A stretch of DNA of 64,000 bases from Patescibacteria group bacterium (GCA_026004595.1 BPJL01000006.1:12299-76298); one strand, 5' to 3'; shown: positions 49,329-59,349, numbered from the stretch's first letter. A program made the numbers and translations. The notes: generated by a model from the letters alone, not told the origin.

Positions 49329-51440
49329 ATGATACTCTGCCAAAGATGCGGAATAAGACCCGCCAAATATCCAATAAGCCAGATAATAGAAGGTAAACAG
49401 CTTCAGGTTGCCGTCTGCGAGGTTTGCTATCAAGAACTTCTTAAAGAAACGAACCAATCAGCATCTAAACTTGATAAATTTGGCCGAGATCTCACTCAGT
49501 TGGCTAGAGAAGGCAAGCTAGATCCCGTTATCGGTAGAAAAGAGGAAATAGAACGCGTAATTCACATTCTCTCCAGAAGGACAAAAAATAACCCCGTACT
49601 CATAGGAGATCCGGGAGTGGGAAAAACGGCTATAGTTGAAGGCTTGGCTCAGAGAATTGTGAATGGTCAGGTTCCCGAGCCCCTAAGGGGAAAAAGAGTT
49701 TTTATGTTAGATCTCGCTTCTATAGTGGCGGGAACTTCTCATCGGGGTATGTTTGAAGCTCGTTTGAAAGATGTAATAAATGAGGTTGTTTCGGCAAACG
49801 GCCAAATAATAATGTTTGTTGACGAGCTACATACTGTTATTGGGGCAGGAAGCGCCGAGGGTTCGATGGATGCAGCAAACATCCTTAAACCAGCGCTTGC
49901 AAGGGGTGAGCTTCAGATGGTGGGTGCAACCACAATTGATGAATACAGGAAGTATGTTGAAAGGGATGCCGCTCTTGAGCGCAGGTTTCAGCCAATAATG
50001 GTAAACGAGCCAACCCCAGAGGATACGATAGAAATATTGAAAGGGCTTAGAGAGAGATATGAAACTCACCATCGAGTGAAAATATCCGATGAAGCCATTG
50101 AGACCGCAGTAAAGATGAGCGACCGATATATCTCAGATAGATTTCTGCCTGATAAGGCAATAGATGTTATTGATGAAGCATGCGCTATGGTGCGTCTTTC
50201 GCAAATTAAGGAGCCCGAAAATCTAAGGACGGTTGAGCAGGAAATTGAAGCTCTAAGGGCCGCGGGCAGAAAAAATAAGCTAACACAAGAACAAAAAGAT
50301 GAGATAAGGAAAAAAACCGAAGAACTTGAAAAAATCCGAACCGAGCTTGCTGAGATTTGGACAAGAACGAAACTTGAGGATATCCCAGAAGTAACCGAAG
50401 AAGATGTTATAAAAGTTGTTTCAAGAGCTACCGGAATACCCCTTGAAAAGCTTAACATTGTTGAAAGGGAAAGGCTGTTAAAGCTGGAAGAAACAATAAA
50501 GAAAAGGGTTGTGGGTCAGGAGAAGGCCATAAGTGTTTTGTCAGAAGCTATAAGAAGAGCCAGGGCGGGTTTGAAAGATCCGAAGAGGCCGATCGGATCG
50601 TTTTTGTTCTTAGGCCCCACAGGTGTTGGTAAAACGGAGCTGGCAAAAGCGTTAGCCGAGGCGTTGTATGGGGACGAGGATATGATAATACGCTTGGATA
50701 TGAGCGAATACATGGAAAAGCACTCTGTAAGCAAGTTGATAGGGGCGCCCCCCGGATATATCGGATATGAGCAAGGTGGCCAGTTGACAGACGTAGTAAG
50801 AAGAAAGCCATTTTCGGTCATACTGCTTGATGAAATAGAAAAAGCACATCCTGACACTTTTAACGCTCTTCTGCAGATAATGGAAGATGGAAGACTGACT
50901 GACAGCAAAGGAAGAACGGTGGATTTCAAGAATACCATTCTGATTTTGACTTCGAACGTAGGATCTGACCTGTTGCGCAGAAAAGACATCGGATTTGAAG
51001 AAGGCAAGGTGAGAGCAGGAAGCGAAAAACAAACTTCTGAAGACAGAAGGATATTTTCAATACTCAAGGACTCCTTCAAACCCGAGTTTCTAAATAGAAT
51101 AGATGAGATAATAATTTTTACAAGTCTAACTAAAGAGGACATTAAAGAAATTGCCATAAGAATGATAGAGAAAACCAGAAAAATGCTTTCTGAGCAAAAT
51201 ATTCATTTGGAGGTTTCTGACAAAGCCTTAGATTATCTCGTGGAGAATGGATACAGTGATGAGTATGGAGCAAGGCCATTAAGACGGTTGATACAGAAAG
51301 AGGTTGAGAACACGATATCGGCAAAGATAATTAGCGGAGAAATATTAGAAGGCGATCTGGTGTATGTCGATGTTACAGAAGATGGGGGTTTAGCTGTAGA
51401 AGCAAGAAAGTCCGCTAAAGTCTCGTCCAGAAAGAAATAA
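49329..51440 (+). CDS. Clp-family double-AAA+ ATPase, ClpE/ClpC-like, with N-terminal C4 zinc ribbon
   Basis: CQRCG...CEVC zinc ribbon replaces the Clp N domains; AAA1 Walker [17 protein letters not shown]2 Walker [17 protein letters not shown]; an IGF tripeptide ([12 protein letters not shown]) resembles the ClpP-docking loop. Listed ORF starts at 49266 inside polA. Confidence 0.85.
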   Translation: MILCQRCGIRPAKYPISQIIEGKQLQVAVCEVCYQELLKETNQSASKLDKFGRDLTQLAREGKLDPVIGRKEEIERVIHILSRRTKNNPVLIGDPGVGKTAIVEGLAQRIVNGQVPEPLRGKRVFMLDLASIVAGTSHRGMFEARLKDVINEVVSANGQIIMFVDELHTVIGAGSAEGSMDAANILKPALARGELQMVGATTIDEYRKYVERDAALERRFQPIMVNEPTPEDTIEILKGLRERYETHHRVKISDEAIETAVKMSDRYISDRFLPDKAIDVIDEACAMVRLSQIKEPENLRTVEQEIEALRAAGRKNKLTQEQKDEIRKKTEELEKIRTELAEIWTRTKLEDIPEVTEEDVIKVVSRATGIPLEKLNIVERERLLKLEETIKKRVVGQEKAISVLSEAIRRARAGLKDPKRPIGSFLFLGPTGVGKTELAKALAEALYGDEDMIIRLDMSEYMEKHSVSKLIGAPPGYIGYEQGGQLTDVVRRKPFSVILLDEIEKAHPDTFNALLQIMEDGRLTDSKGRTVDFKNTILILTSNVGSDLLRRKDIGFEEGKVRAGSEKQTSEDRRIFSILKDSFKPEFLNRIDEIIIFTSLTKEDIKEIAIRMIEKTRKMLSEQNIHLEVSDKALDYLVENGYSDEYGARPLRRLIQKEVENTISAKIISGEILEGDLVYVDVTEDGGLAVEARKSAKVSSRKK

Positions 51441-51478
51441 TTGAAATAGCGGCATTTATCTGCTATCCTAGCTCAGTT

Positions 51479-52009
51479 ATGGCCGACAATAATCAAGATA
51501 CAAATAAAAAAGATACCGACCAAAAGGAAGAACAGTCCGATCTAAAGGATGGGGAGCCGAAAGAAGGTGAAATGTCTGAAGAAGCATTAAAGGACGAAAC
51601 CCATGAAGAGCTAAAAGAAGACTCTGTGGAAGAAAGTTCGGAGGAAGGAACTATTGAAGAAGAGGTAGAAGAGGAGGTCAAAATGGCTGCGGATGAGCCT
51701 AGAATTCCCGATTTCAGGGTTGGTGATACGATTAGGGTTTTCTACAAAATAATTGAAGGGGACAAGATGAGGATTCAGCCGTTTGAGGGAATTGTCATCT
51801 CTTTTAGGGGCTCTGATGTTTCGAAAACATTTACTGTAAGGAGAATAGGGGCCGATCAGGTTGGAGTTGAGAGGATATTTCCCCTTTACACCCCAAATAT
51901 CGAGAGAATAAAAGTTGTTAAGAGGGGTAATGTGAGGAGGGCAAAACTTTACTATCTCAGAAAGAAAGTTGGAAGAGAAGCGATGAGGGTTCGGGAGCAT
52001 AAGAAGTAA
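51479..52009 (+). CDS. rplS: 50S ribosomal protein L19 with ~65-aa acidic N-terminal extension
   Basis: C-terminal 110 aa ([33 protein letters not shown]...[45 protein letters not shown]) is L19; the N-terminus is D/E/K-rich low complexity. Confidence 0.85.
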   Translation: MADNNQDTNKKDTDQKEEQSDLKDGEPKEGEMSEEALKDETHEELKEDSVEESSEEGTIEEEVEEEVKMAADEPRIPDFRVGDTIRVFYKIIEGDKMRIQPFEGIVISFRGSDVSKTFTVRRIGADQVGVERIFPLYTPNIERIKVVKRGNVRRAKLYYLRKKVGREAMRVREHKK

Positions 52010-52213
52010 TTTTTCCAGTTAGCCCAGCAAACAAATAAAAATTGGCGCATAATTGTGTTGTTATTTTGGTATGTGCGCGATGAAACTATCTACTTTTGAA
52101 TCGTCATTCTAATATCTATCAATTGAGAGATAATAGAAACAGCATACGAACAGATTTGCAACGATTCGCGTTCATAGGTTAAATCGATATGGCTCGAAGA
52201 ACCGAACAACGAG

Positions 52214-52351
52214 ATGGCGGAGAAGAAAAAAGCTATACAAAAATTTGCAAACGAAGACATGAGGAGACAGATAGTGGAAAAACGATTGGATGGTGCACTA
52301 AAAGATTTTGAGGCCTTTAACCTTCTACAGAATAAATCACGAAAATTTTAA
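52214..52351 (+). CDS. Small (45 aa) helical protein, hypothetical
   Basis: MAEKKKAIQKFANEDMRRQIVEKRLDGALKDFEAFNLLQNKSRKF; in an AT-rich spacer; below the track cut-off. Confidence 0.25.
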   Translation: MAEKKKAIQKFANEDMRRQIVEKRLDGALKDFEAFNLLQNKSRKF

Positions 52352-52391
52352 TAAATGTTTTAGGTCAGGGTCCCAAGACTATATCCTATAG

Positions 52392-52420
52392 TTGTCAAAT
52401 TCCTGCCTTTGTGATAAGAT
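52392..52420 (+). promoter_or_regulatory. Sigma-70-like promoter (TTGTCA-17-TAAGAT) upstream of the 52458 operon
   Basis: TTGTCA at 52392-52397, 17-nt spacer, TAAGAT at 52415-52420, about 38 nt upstream of RBS AAGGAGGAG. Confidence 0.4.
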
Positions 52421-52457
52421 GCAAAAATCTTGAAAAATAAATAATAAAGGAGGAGAG

Positions 52458-52691
52458 ATGGAAGAGCTTGAAGAGTTGAAGGAAAAAATCAGGACTCGGC
52501 GCAAAGAAGAGGCCGAGATGCGTGCCGAAACAGCACGTATTATTTGGACGCGCTGGCGCAATATGCAAGGCCAGTGGCGGGATCGTACAAGGTGGGATGC
52601 CTTAAAAAGTAGTTTTATGGCAAACCCCACCCTCGCTCAAGCGTACCACTTGGTGCGTTTGATGCTGAAACCTGTCAAGCGCGAGGAGTAA
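52458..52691 (+). CDS. Small Arg/Trp-rich protein, hypothetical
   Basis: 77 aa, strong RBS AAGGAGGAG, translationally coupled to the following lipoprotein gene. Confidence 0.45.
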   Translation: MEELEELKEKIRTRRKEEAEMRAETARIIWTRWRNMQGQWRDRTRWDALKSSFMANPTLAQAYHLVRLMLKPVKREE

Positions 52692-52702
52692 GGGAGGTTA
52701 CA

Positions 52703-53551
52703 ATGAAGAAGTACTTAATTATCGTGTGTACATTAGTTCTCTTAGTAACTTCCTGCGGTCCTCTTCCCGAAATGGAAAGCATCATGGCGCAACCAAGGCC
52801 TGACGCCCCTGCGAGTGATTCAGGTAGTGAGGTTTCATTACCGGTTACACCAGGTCCTGAGGTTCACATCAGTCCCGAACCGGTTCCTGTACCTCCTCTT
52901 CCTGTAGCCACCCAGTATGCACTAATTGTGCAGGCCTGGGGAAACTATCTGACTCCGATCAAAGATACCATTAGATCTGAGGAGGATCTGAGGGAGGAGT
53001 GGCGGAGATTCGGGGAGATGAGTCTTCAGGTCGGAGACCGGAGGAGTAAAATCCGCGAAATCTTTGAAGGGTTCAGCGAAAACGACTGGTCCCAGATAAG
53101 AGAAGCAGGGGAAGAACTCGCAAAAGACGGCGCTCTAACCACAGCAGTAATTTATCTTAGGGGTTGCAAAACCACCTGCGCGTCAATATTTAGCGCACTA
53201 TGGTGGGCTTGCGCCCATCTGGCAACGGGAGAGAATTGGATTAAAATCCCTGAAGGGATGATGACCAACCACCCGATGCCGGAGTTATGTGGCAGGACAT
53301 TCAACTGGGAATACCTTGTCGATATCCTGGACACCAGATGCCCGGGGTATTCCGTTGAATATCGTGGATCGACGATCGTAATCCGCAAGTTAGTCCGTTA
53401 TTCAGATAACCGATACGAACTGACTTGGGACGACGCCCAAACCTTAATAGTGGTTGGCGGAGTTTTAACTGCGGCCACGGTTGTCGGAATTGTTGTATTA
53501 TCGGGCGGTACTGCGGCCCCCGCTTTTGCGGTAGTGCTTCTTGTACCGTAA
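52703..53551 (+). CDS. Lipoprotein with C-terminal TM anchor, hypothetical
   Basis: Lipobox LLVTSC; Pro-rich linker; C-terminal helix LIVVGGVLTAATVVGIVVLSGG; RBS GGGAGG. Confidence 0.6.
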   Translation: MKKYLIIVCTLVLLVTSCGPLPEMESIMAQPRPDAPASDSGSEVSLPVTPGPEVHISPEPVPVPPLPVATQYALIVQAWGNYLTPIKDTIRSEEDLREEWRRFGEMSLQVGDRRSKIREIFEGFSENDWSQIREAGEELAKDGALTTAVIYLRGCKTTCASIFSALWWACAHLATGENWIKIPEGMMTNHPMPELCGRTFNWEYLVDILDTRCPGYSVEYRGSTIVIRKLVRYSDNRYELTWDDAQTLIVVGGVLTAATVVGIVVLSGGTAAPAFAVVLLVP

Positions 53552-53569
53552 ATTATTTTTTTTTGGTAT

Positions 53570-53610
53570 AAGCCCGCTCTCACACATTGTTGTTAGGGTG
53601 GGCTTTTTTA
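53570..53610 (+). terminator. Rho-independent terminator
   Basis: AAGCCC (53570-53575) pairs with GGGCTT (53600-53605), followed by TTTTTA. Confidence 0.6.
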
Positions 53611-53689
53611 TTACTGTGAGTTTTTGAAAGTTCCGTCTGATTATCTGAGTGGATTATTAAAAACGTATGCAGCAGTTGTGGTTAATTTT

Positions 53690-53764
53690 TGGTGAGGGCG
53701 GTGGGGATCGAACCCACGACACGCGGCTTAAAAGGCCGCTGCTCTACCACTGAGCTACGCCCCC
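53690..53764 (-). tRNA. tRNA-Lys (anticodon TTT), CCA encoded
   Basis: Reverse complement: acceptor GGGGGCG/CGCCCTC (one G-U), D arm GCTC/GAGC, anticodon stem GCGGC/GCCGC with loop CTTTTAA, T arm GTGGG-TTCGATC-CCCAC, 75 nt. Confidence 0.85.
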
Positions 53765-53839
53765 TTAAAACTTTCACATTATACACAACAAAACCCTGCA
53801 GTTAAATGATAAAAGCTCAGAAGATAAATTTTAATAGTA

Positions 53840-54235
53840 TTAAGCAAGCTTTTCCAGTATTTGTTTTGTGGCGTTATTTACGTCGCTGAAAGTTATCCGA
53901 TCCGTGTAAGCTTTTGGTTCCTGCACGTCGTTCCTATAGACAAGAATTACTTTTTTACCCAAAAGTGAGGCGAGCACTTTCTCTATTGTGAGTCCCGTGC
54001 TTTTAACGTTGCTGGTGATGTAGGCAATAAAGACATCACTTTTTAGTATATTCCCAAAAATAGCAGGAAAGGTTTTCCATAGCGGAACCGAGCCCTCCCA
54101 TTTCTGTACGTCCCTTCCTAGTATAAAAGTCTGATGCCCACCACTTTCCAATCCTTCCGCCAACTGCAAAAGATCCCTGACGAGGGATTGCTTGTCTTCA
54201 ACTCGTGAGTATTTATAGCCTATAAAGAGCCGCAT
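53840..54235 (-). CDS. Hypothetical protein (possible nucleoside 2-deoxyribosyltransferase-like fold)
   Basis: 131 aa; MRLFIGYKY...HQTFILGRD...SDVFIAYI...GLTIEKVLASLLGKKVILV loosely fits the flavodoxin-like NDT pattern. Weak. Confidence 0.4.
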   Translation of the reverse strand: MRLFIGYKYSRVEDKQSLVRDLLQLAEGLESGGHQTFILGRDVQKWEGSVPLWKTFPAIFGNILKSDVFIAYITSNVKSTGLTIEKVLASLLGKKVILVYRNDVQEPKAYTDRITFSDVNNATKQILEKLA

Positions 54236-54319
54236 ATAAACAATATTAGCACTTCTGAAAAAAGATTACCTGGTCTGTAAACTGATGGACCTAGTTGATT
54301 TTAGCAAACTTGTTGGCTA

Positions 54320-55642
54320 CTAACTTTTTGTAACAAAACTAACGATATCACCTGCTGGGACGCTGTTCTGTTCGCCCGTTTCCATATCCTTGACGGTAAT
54401 CCTTTTATTTTTAACTTCATCCTCACCGATTATGGCCACAAATCTCACCCCGGATTTTGAGGCGATGCTTAATTTCTTTTTAAGACCCTCACCTGTGTAT
54501 AAAACATCAGCCTGTATATTGCTTTTTCTAAGATTAGCTACTAAGTCGTAAGCCAGATTTGTGTAATCTCCTAAAGGAATAACTAAAACTTTCAAAGTCT
54601 GGCGGTCAGTATATTTAAGAAGGTTATTTTCTTTCAACAGGTCAAAAAGTCTAGTGAGTCCTATCGAAATTCCCGTTCCTGGCAGTTTTTTATCTGAAAA
54701 GTACTCTGCAAGATTGTTGTATCTACCTCCTCCACAAATGGATCCGAACTCCGGATACTCAGTCAATACTATCTCAAATATTGTTCCGGTATAATAGTCA
54801 AGACCCCTGGCTATGGATAGATCTATGGTCCAGCATGATTTAGGTATATTCATATAACCTATGTTTTTAACTAGATCTTCGATTTCTTTCACCCCCTCAT
54901 CAAACGTATCGTTTGCAACATTTAACGATTTTAGTTTTTTTAGCACATCTGCTACCGACCCCGCGGAATTTATAAAATCAAGAATTTTTTCCGTCTGGTT
55001 TATATTTACACCCATTTTTTCAAAATCTTTAGCAACCATTTCTTCGCCGATTTTTTGTACCTTATCTATCTCTCGTAGGATTTCTTTTGTTTTTTTATTG
55101 AGTCCGAGTTTTTCAATGTAGCCGGTTAGTAGTTTTCTGTTGTTGATCTTTATTAAGAAGCTACCTAAGTTAAGTCGTTCAAAAGTGGTGTAGGCGGTTG
55201 CAACTATCTCGGCATCGTAGATGGGAGCTAAACTGTCCTTATCGATTATGTCCACGTCACATTGGTAAAATTCCCTGAACCGCCCTTTTTGAGGACGTTC
55301 CCCGCGAAACACTTTACCTATTTGATATCTTTTAAAAGGGAAAGACAGCTCGTTGTACCTTTGGCTTACATATCTCGCAAGGGGAACCGTAAAATCAAAC
55401 CTCAATGCCATTTCGCTGTCACCTTTTTTGAAGGTGTATATCTGCTTTTCGGCTTCCTTCCCGCTTTTTGCCAACAAAATATCAGCTTTTTCAAGCACAG
55501 GGGTATCTAACGGTAAGAAACCGCACAATTCAAAGCTTTCCCGTATGGAGTCCAACATTTTGTTAAATATAACCTGGTCGCGAGGTAGTAGTTCCATAAA
55601 ACCGGGAAGTATTGTGGGTTTTATAAAAGTTTTTTCAACCAT
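54320..55642 (-). CDS. hisS: Histidyl-tRNA synthetase
   Basis: Class II motifs: GFLPLDTPVLE (motif 1), RYQIGKVFRGERPQKGRFREFYQCDVD (motif 2), C-terminal anticodon-binding domain. Confidence 0.9.
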   Translation of the reverse strand: MVEKTFIKPTILPGFMELLPRDQVIFNKMLDSIRESFELCGFLPLDTPVLEKADILLAKSGKEAEKQIYTFKKGDSEMALRFDFTVPLARYVSQRYNELSFPFKRYQIGKVFRGERPQKGRFREFYQCDVDIIDKDSLAPIYDAEIVATAYTTFERLNLGSFLIKINNRKLLTGYIEKLGLNKKTKEILREIDKVQKIGEEMVAKDFEKMGVNINQTEKILDFINSAGSVADVLKKLKSLNVANDTFDEGVKEIEDLVKNIGYMNIPKSCWTIDLSIARGLDYYTGTIFEIVLTEYPEFGSICGGGRYNNLAEYFSDKKLPGTGISIGLTRLFDLLKENNLLKYTDRQTLKVLVIPLGDYTNLAYDLVANLRKSNIQADVLYTGEGLKKKLSIASKSGVRFVAIIGEDEVKNKRITVKDMETGEQNSVPAGDIVSFVTKS

Positions 55643-56078
55643 AGCTTACCAATTTTACCGCAGTATTGCTTTTGCATAAAGTTTATTTGAGCAAAATCAA
55701 AACTAGTGGTTATGAGCTTTTTTAATCAAACTTGGTTTTTACCTCTAAATTTGGTGGTACTGCTGGAAAAATTTTATTTGGTATCAGGATTGTAGGCGAA
55801 GATGGTAATTTTATAGTTGTGGTTGCAGCCTTCTTCCGGATGACCGCAGGGTACGCAGCTTCAGCTGGGTTTTTTATGCTAGGCTATCGTTGGGTTTTCA
55901 GAAAAAAAGGAAAATCTTATATGGTATGATAGGTTGTTTGCCACCAAGGCTTAAAGCATAGAAAGCCCTTTTTGGGAAATTTTGTTTCTGTTTTTATATA
56001 GCTTCAGTTTTGCAGCTTCCTTATCTATATACATATTTACTGTAATTAGATTTTTGTATTAAAAACCCTTTTTGATAT

Positions 56079-56106
56079 TGACAAATCAATCCTTAATGAT
56101 TAAATT
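56079..56106 (+). promoter_or_regulatory. Candidate sigma-70-like promoter (TTGACA-17-TAAATT)
   Basis: TTGACA at 56079-56084, 17-nt spacer, TAAATT at 56101-56106, in AT-rich DNA about 300 nt upstream of the 56407 gene. Confidence 0.3.
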
Positions 56107-56406
56107 ACTCTACTTATAGGTTAGGGGAGTACAAGATATAGACTTATAGTAATGTGTGCGTTTGAGTGTTGTTGCTACACACAATCGGAGATTCATATAA
56201 ACTTTGTTCTAGTGTTTTTGCCCTTCTGCCGAAAAGATATTTCATAACAGATTTGGGAGTTTTTTTCAGCCTTCGGAGAGTATGTACTAAAATATATGGG
56301 TCCTTGGTATTTGCATGAGGTTGTGTGCGGAGTGTTTTTGTTTGAAAGTATTCCGGGCACAGGCTCAATAAAGCCAACCTAAATAAATATTGAAAGGAGA
56401 GCTGTT

Positions 56407-56706
56407 ATGGTCAAGAGCCACGTCAGCCGGGATCCGGGTATATTTGAGCTGATAAACAGAAACCTGCGATTGGTGCTTAAGTTGTTAAAGGACAAACGTG
56501 TTCCTTTTCTTCTTAAGCTTTTACCAATAATAGGTGGAGTGTGGCTAATTTACCCCGACCTTATCCCGGGACCGCTGGACGATGTTTTGGTTATCTACCT
56601 CACGTTTTATGGTTTCATTGAACTGGCTCCGGATGAAGTTGTAAAAGAACTTCGTAAGGAAGTTAGTCATGGAAAGGAAAACGTGATAGAAGGCGACATC
56701 GACTAG
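56407..56706 (+). CDS. DUF1232 (YkvA-like) membrane protein
   Basis: RVPFLLKLLPIIGGVWLIYPDLIPGPLDDVLVIYLTFYG matches the DUF1232 core; RBS GAAAGGAG. Confidence 0.55.
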   Translation: MVKSHVSRDPGIFELINRNLRLVLKLLKDKRVPFLLKLLPIIGGVWLIYPDLIPGPLDDVLVIYLTFYGFIELAPDEVVKELRKEVSHGKENVIEGDID

Positions 56707-56712
56707 CTACCA

Positions 56713-56750
56713 AGAGAGAGCTTTTATATTCAAAAACAAAAGCTCTCTCT
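56713..56750 (+). terminator. Terminator-like perfect 13-bp hairpin
   Basis: AGAGAGAGCTTTT (56713-56725) pairs with AAAAGCTCTCTCT (56738-56750); no clear U-tract. Confidence 0.45.
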
Positions 56751-56818
56751 GTATCCTTAGGAATTTTGGATCTTGATCATTTTGTTTGTCCGTCCCGGCC
56801 ACTTGCGCCGTGCGGATG

Positions 56819-56929
56819 TACTTTGAAAACACAACAAGAAAGAGGTGGTTGCCCTACTTAGGTTTGCACCTTCGAGACTTTCAGCATGCTGGAAGTTTTG
56901 CAGGTGCGTAGCCTAATAAGAGGCAGCCA
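56819..56929 (+). promoter_or_regulatory. Repeated leader element, copy 1 (box A, box B, hairpin, box C)
   Basis: Box A 56819-56842, box B GGTTGCCCTACTTAGGTTTGCACC, hairpin GCACCT (56866-56871) / AGGTGC (56902-56907), box C GGTGCGTAGCCTAATAAGAGGCAGC. Same architecture as copy 3. Confidence 0.55.
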
Positions 56930-57023
56930 TATCAATAAGTGAAAGGAGTAAAAAATTGGAAAATACCTGTTTCCTAGTTTCGAATTGCCAGTAAGTCAAC
57001 CATTGAATAAAACGGAGGTAAAA

Positions 57024-57281
57024 ATGCAAACGTTAGTTAGCAACATAATTTTTTTGAGTGTGCTGGTATTCGCAGCAGCTTTGGTGATCTTTGGATTGCT
57101 GAAGTTCATCAAGGTACTTAAAGGAGAGCTCTCTGTAGGTGAGGCTCTGATGGCCATAGGCGGTGTGGTAATCGGTGCAGCAGTTGTAATATGGGCTGCG
57201 ACCGATTTCAACGGGAGCAGGATCATAATCGATACGGTTGGAAAGTGGATCATCCAGATTCTAACCGAGCCCCTAGGCTAG
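57024..57281 (+). CDS. Small 2-TM protein (VirB2/TrbC pilin-like topology)
   Basis: 86 aa from the ATG after RBS AACGGAGG: hydrophobic leader (IIFLSVLVFAAALVIFGLL), charged loop, second hydrophobic segment (ALMAIGGVVIGAAVVIWAA). Listed ORF begins at 56985. Confidence 0.5.
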   Translation: MQTLVSNIIFLSVLVFAAALVIFGLLKFIKVLKGELSVGEALMAIGGVVIGAAVVIWAATDFNGSRIIIDTVGKWIIQILTEPLG

Positions 57282-57288
57282 GTTAGCT

Positions 57289-58869
57289 ATGAAGACAGCT
57301 GCTGTTCCAACAATCCTGGTGGGCGCTCTTCTGCTTACTGGATGTGCGGAAAAACCGGATAATCTGGAGGTGTTTTTTGATTGGCGGCAAAAATTCTTTT
57401 TGCATGTTGATCAACAGACGGTAGAGCCTTGGGTAGGGCCGGTTTTAAGGCTAGCGGTAGCAGTAGCCTTAGTTCTTTGCTTACTGGTGTTGATACACAA
57501 CCTGAAAAGTGAAAGGCCTATCTGGGGTTATAATTTCATCACAGGTCTCTCAATTTTTGTAGCGATCGCTTTAGTGTATTTTTACATCCCCGCAGCTACA
57601 GCTTTTGGTGAGGCCATAATGCCCCCAGAATTAACGCTTGATAGGGTTTTTTCAGCTCTAAGGTTAGGGTTGGACGGAGGTTTGGCTGACTTGCTTGTAG
57701 GAGGCTGGGCTATAACCTTTACACTCGTTCTCCCGCTCTTTTCGGCTTTTTGGGAAATAATGATGTTGTTGGGTGCCGTTGTTGCTCTAATAGCAACAAC
57801 TTTAGCAAGAAGCATGAAAGGTATCGTTTACATTGTAACGCAGGTGTATGGATGGGGATCTTTCCTTGTTCTTTACAACACCTTAATATCGTTGATCGAC
57901 CGTTACTATCCTACATGGGATTATATGCCTGTAAAGATATTTGTAACGGCGTTCTATGTAATGGTATCTGTCACATTGCTTCTTTTTTGCTACATTGGAA
58001 TACCCTTCTTTGCAATCTCCCTCGTGCCGAGATCAGATGACGAATACAAATCATCTGGAAAGAAAAGGGAGGAAAGAATACGGGACTCCAAAGTGGATTG
58101 GGGGACTATTTTTGCTCCCATACCCATACCCAACGACTCGCCGGACGATGAGCCTGATCAAGATCGATACCATAGTAACGACAATTACGATGATGAGGAT
58201 CCTTCAGATGGTAGTATAAATCCCCAACTACCCCGGGGTCCGAGTGGTGGTGGATTGGGAGAGGTTATCGAAGCACATAAAGGAGATATCCCACCGACTA
58301 AAGTTTCTCGTTCGGAAACTTCGGAAACTAGTAATGGCGATGAACCTGATCCCAATAAAATACTTTTATCGAAAAGTTCGAGATTGGGTTCCAACATTGA
58401 ACACAAAGATTCCAGAGTTTCCGAAGAGGTTGTTGATTCTGTTGAGAACTTCCCTTCGAGTAAAGTTAAACAATTAAAAAGCTTGGAGAGTGGTTCCCGA
58501 TCTGCGGAAACAAGTCGTCCTAACCGGAACAATGGAGATTCCAACCGCCTGGAAATAGATGTCAAAAAAGACAAGCTAAAGAAAGATAAGGCCCACGTAG
58601 AATTTCTGGACAAAACCGGCAAAGTTTTGGAGGTCGTGGGTGTTGTTACCGCATCTCCTAAAGTCGTAATTTTCGGCAAGGGTGTTGAGTTAGCAGCCGA
58701 TGTGTTGGACCGTGCTACGGAAGAAGGTGCAGATACAAAGAAGGTTTTGGATCATTCTGCCAAAGAAGTAGCCAAACGGGTTTTGCGAAACAAATACCCA
58801 GACTTGGTAGAATTTGCAGTCGGCAAGGACGATCGGGACGAAAACAAGCTTAACATGGAAGGAGGGTAG
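57289..58869 (+). CDS. Polytopic membrane lipoprotein with long acidic/Ser-rich disordered C-terminal domain (VirB6-like architecture)
   Basis: Lipobox LLLTGC, about 6 TM helices, then ~270 aa low-complexity D/E/S/K/P-rich tail. Confidence 0.6.
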   Translation: MKTAAVPTILVGALLLTGCAEKPDNLEVFFDWRQKFFLHVDQQTVEPWVGPVLRLAVAVALVLCLLVLIHNLKSERPIWGYNFITGLSIFVAIALVYFYIPAATAFGEAIMPPELTLDRVFSALRLGLDGGLADLLVGGWAITFTLVLPLFSAFWEIMMLLGAVVALIATTLARSMKGIVYIVTQVYGWGSFLVLYNTLISLIDRYYPTWDYMPVKIFVTAFYVMVSVTLLLFCYIGIPFFAISLVPRSDDEYKSSGKKREERIRDSKVDWGTIFAPIPIPNDSPDDEPDQDRYHSNDNYDDEDPSDGSINPQLPRGPSGGGLGEVIEAHKGDIPPTKVSRSETSETSNGDEPDPNKILLSKSSRLGSNIEHKDSRVSEEVVDSVENFPSSKVKQLKSLESGSRSAETSRPNRNNGDSNRLEIDVKKDKLKKDKAHVEFLDKTGKVLEVVGVVTASPKVVIFGKGVELAADVLDRATEEGADTKKVLDHSAKEVAKRVLRNKYPDLVEFAVGKDDRDENKLNMEGG

Positions 58870-58870
58870 T

Positions 58871-59182
58871 ATGAGTCCCTTTTCCTTTCTTGGTGACAGT
58901 AAGATGAGATCGATCAGATATAAACTGTTCGATCATTCTTACACTATCCTGCCGGTTTGGGGTGTGATCGGAATCTTATTTGTTTCCGGTCTGTTTCTTT
59001 ATTTCGGCGGGCTCCGTTGGGTATGCCATGGTACTTCGGGAATAGTTTTTGTTTGGGTAGTTTTCACTCTGCTCAATAAAGTCCTGAAAGCTCGGGCATA
59101 CAAAAAAATCAGCGAAAAGAGCAGACGTGACCAATCCGAGGTAGTTGTTACCTACCTTTCGGATCCCCCGTACCGCTCCTAG
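58871..59182 (+). CDS. Small 2-TM membrane protein (VirB3-like size and topology), immediately upstream of the ATPase
   Basis: 103 aa from the ATG after RBS GGAGGG; helices ILPVWGVIGILFVSGLFLYFGGL and GIVFVWVVFTLL; basic C-terminus. Listed ORF begins at 58814. Confidence 0.5.
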   Translation: MSPFSFLGDSKMRSIRYKLFDHSYTILPVWGVIGILFVSGLFLYFGGLRWVCHGTSGIVFVWVVFTLLNKVLKARAYKKISEKSRRDQSEVVVTYLSDPPYRS

Positions 59183-59191
59183 AAACTTGAA

Positions 59192-59227
59192 AGGATAGGG
59201 TTTTTCCCCAACCCTATCCTTTTCTCT
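59192..59227 (+). terminator. Rho-independent terminator
   Basis: AGGATAGGGTT (59192-59202) pairs with AACCCTATCCT (59210-59220), followed by TTTCTCTC. Confidence 0.6.
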
Positions 59228-59349
59228 CTTTCTTGTTGTGGCTCTTTTTGAGTTTTCAATATATTTGATTATTCAAAAAGAGGGTACGAGAAACAAATAA
59301 TTTGCAAAAACATCATAGATGTTGGCACTTTGAAAACACAACAAGAAAG
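59225..59349 (+). promoter_or_regulatory. Repeated leader element, copy 2 (partial: 16-mer TCTCTTTCTTGTTGTG plus box A only)
   Basis: 16-mer at 59225-59240, identical to 62821-62836. Box A ACTTTGAAAACACAACAAGAAAG at 59327-59349, identical to copy 1. Confidence 0.5.

Noticed and set aside
55732-56377. Listed small ORFs 55732-55929 (+) and 56144-56377 (-) in the AT-rich spacer after hisS
   Set aside because: No RBS, low-complexity translations; the region reads more like promoter or spacer DNA.
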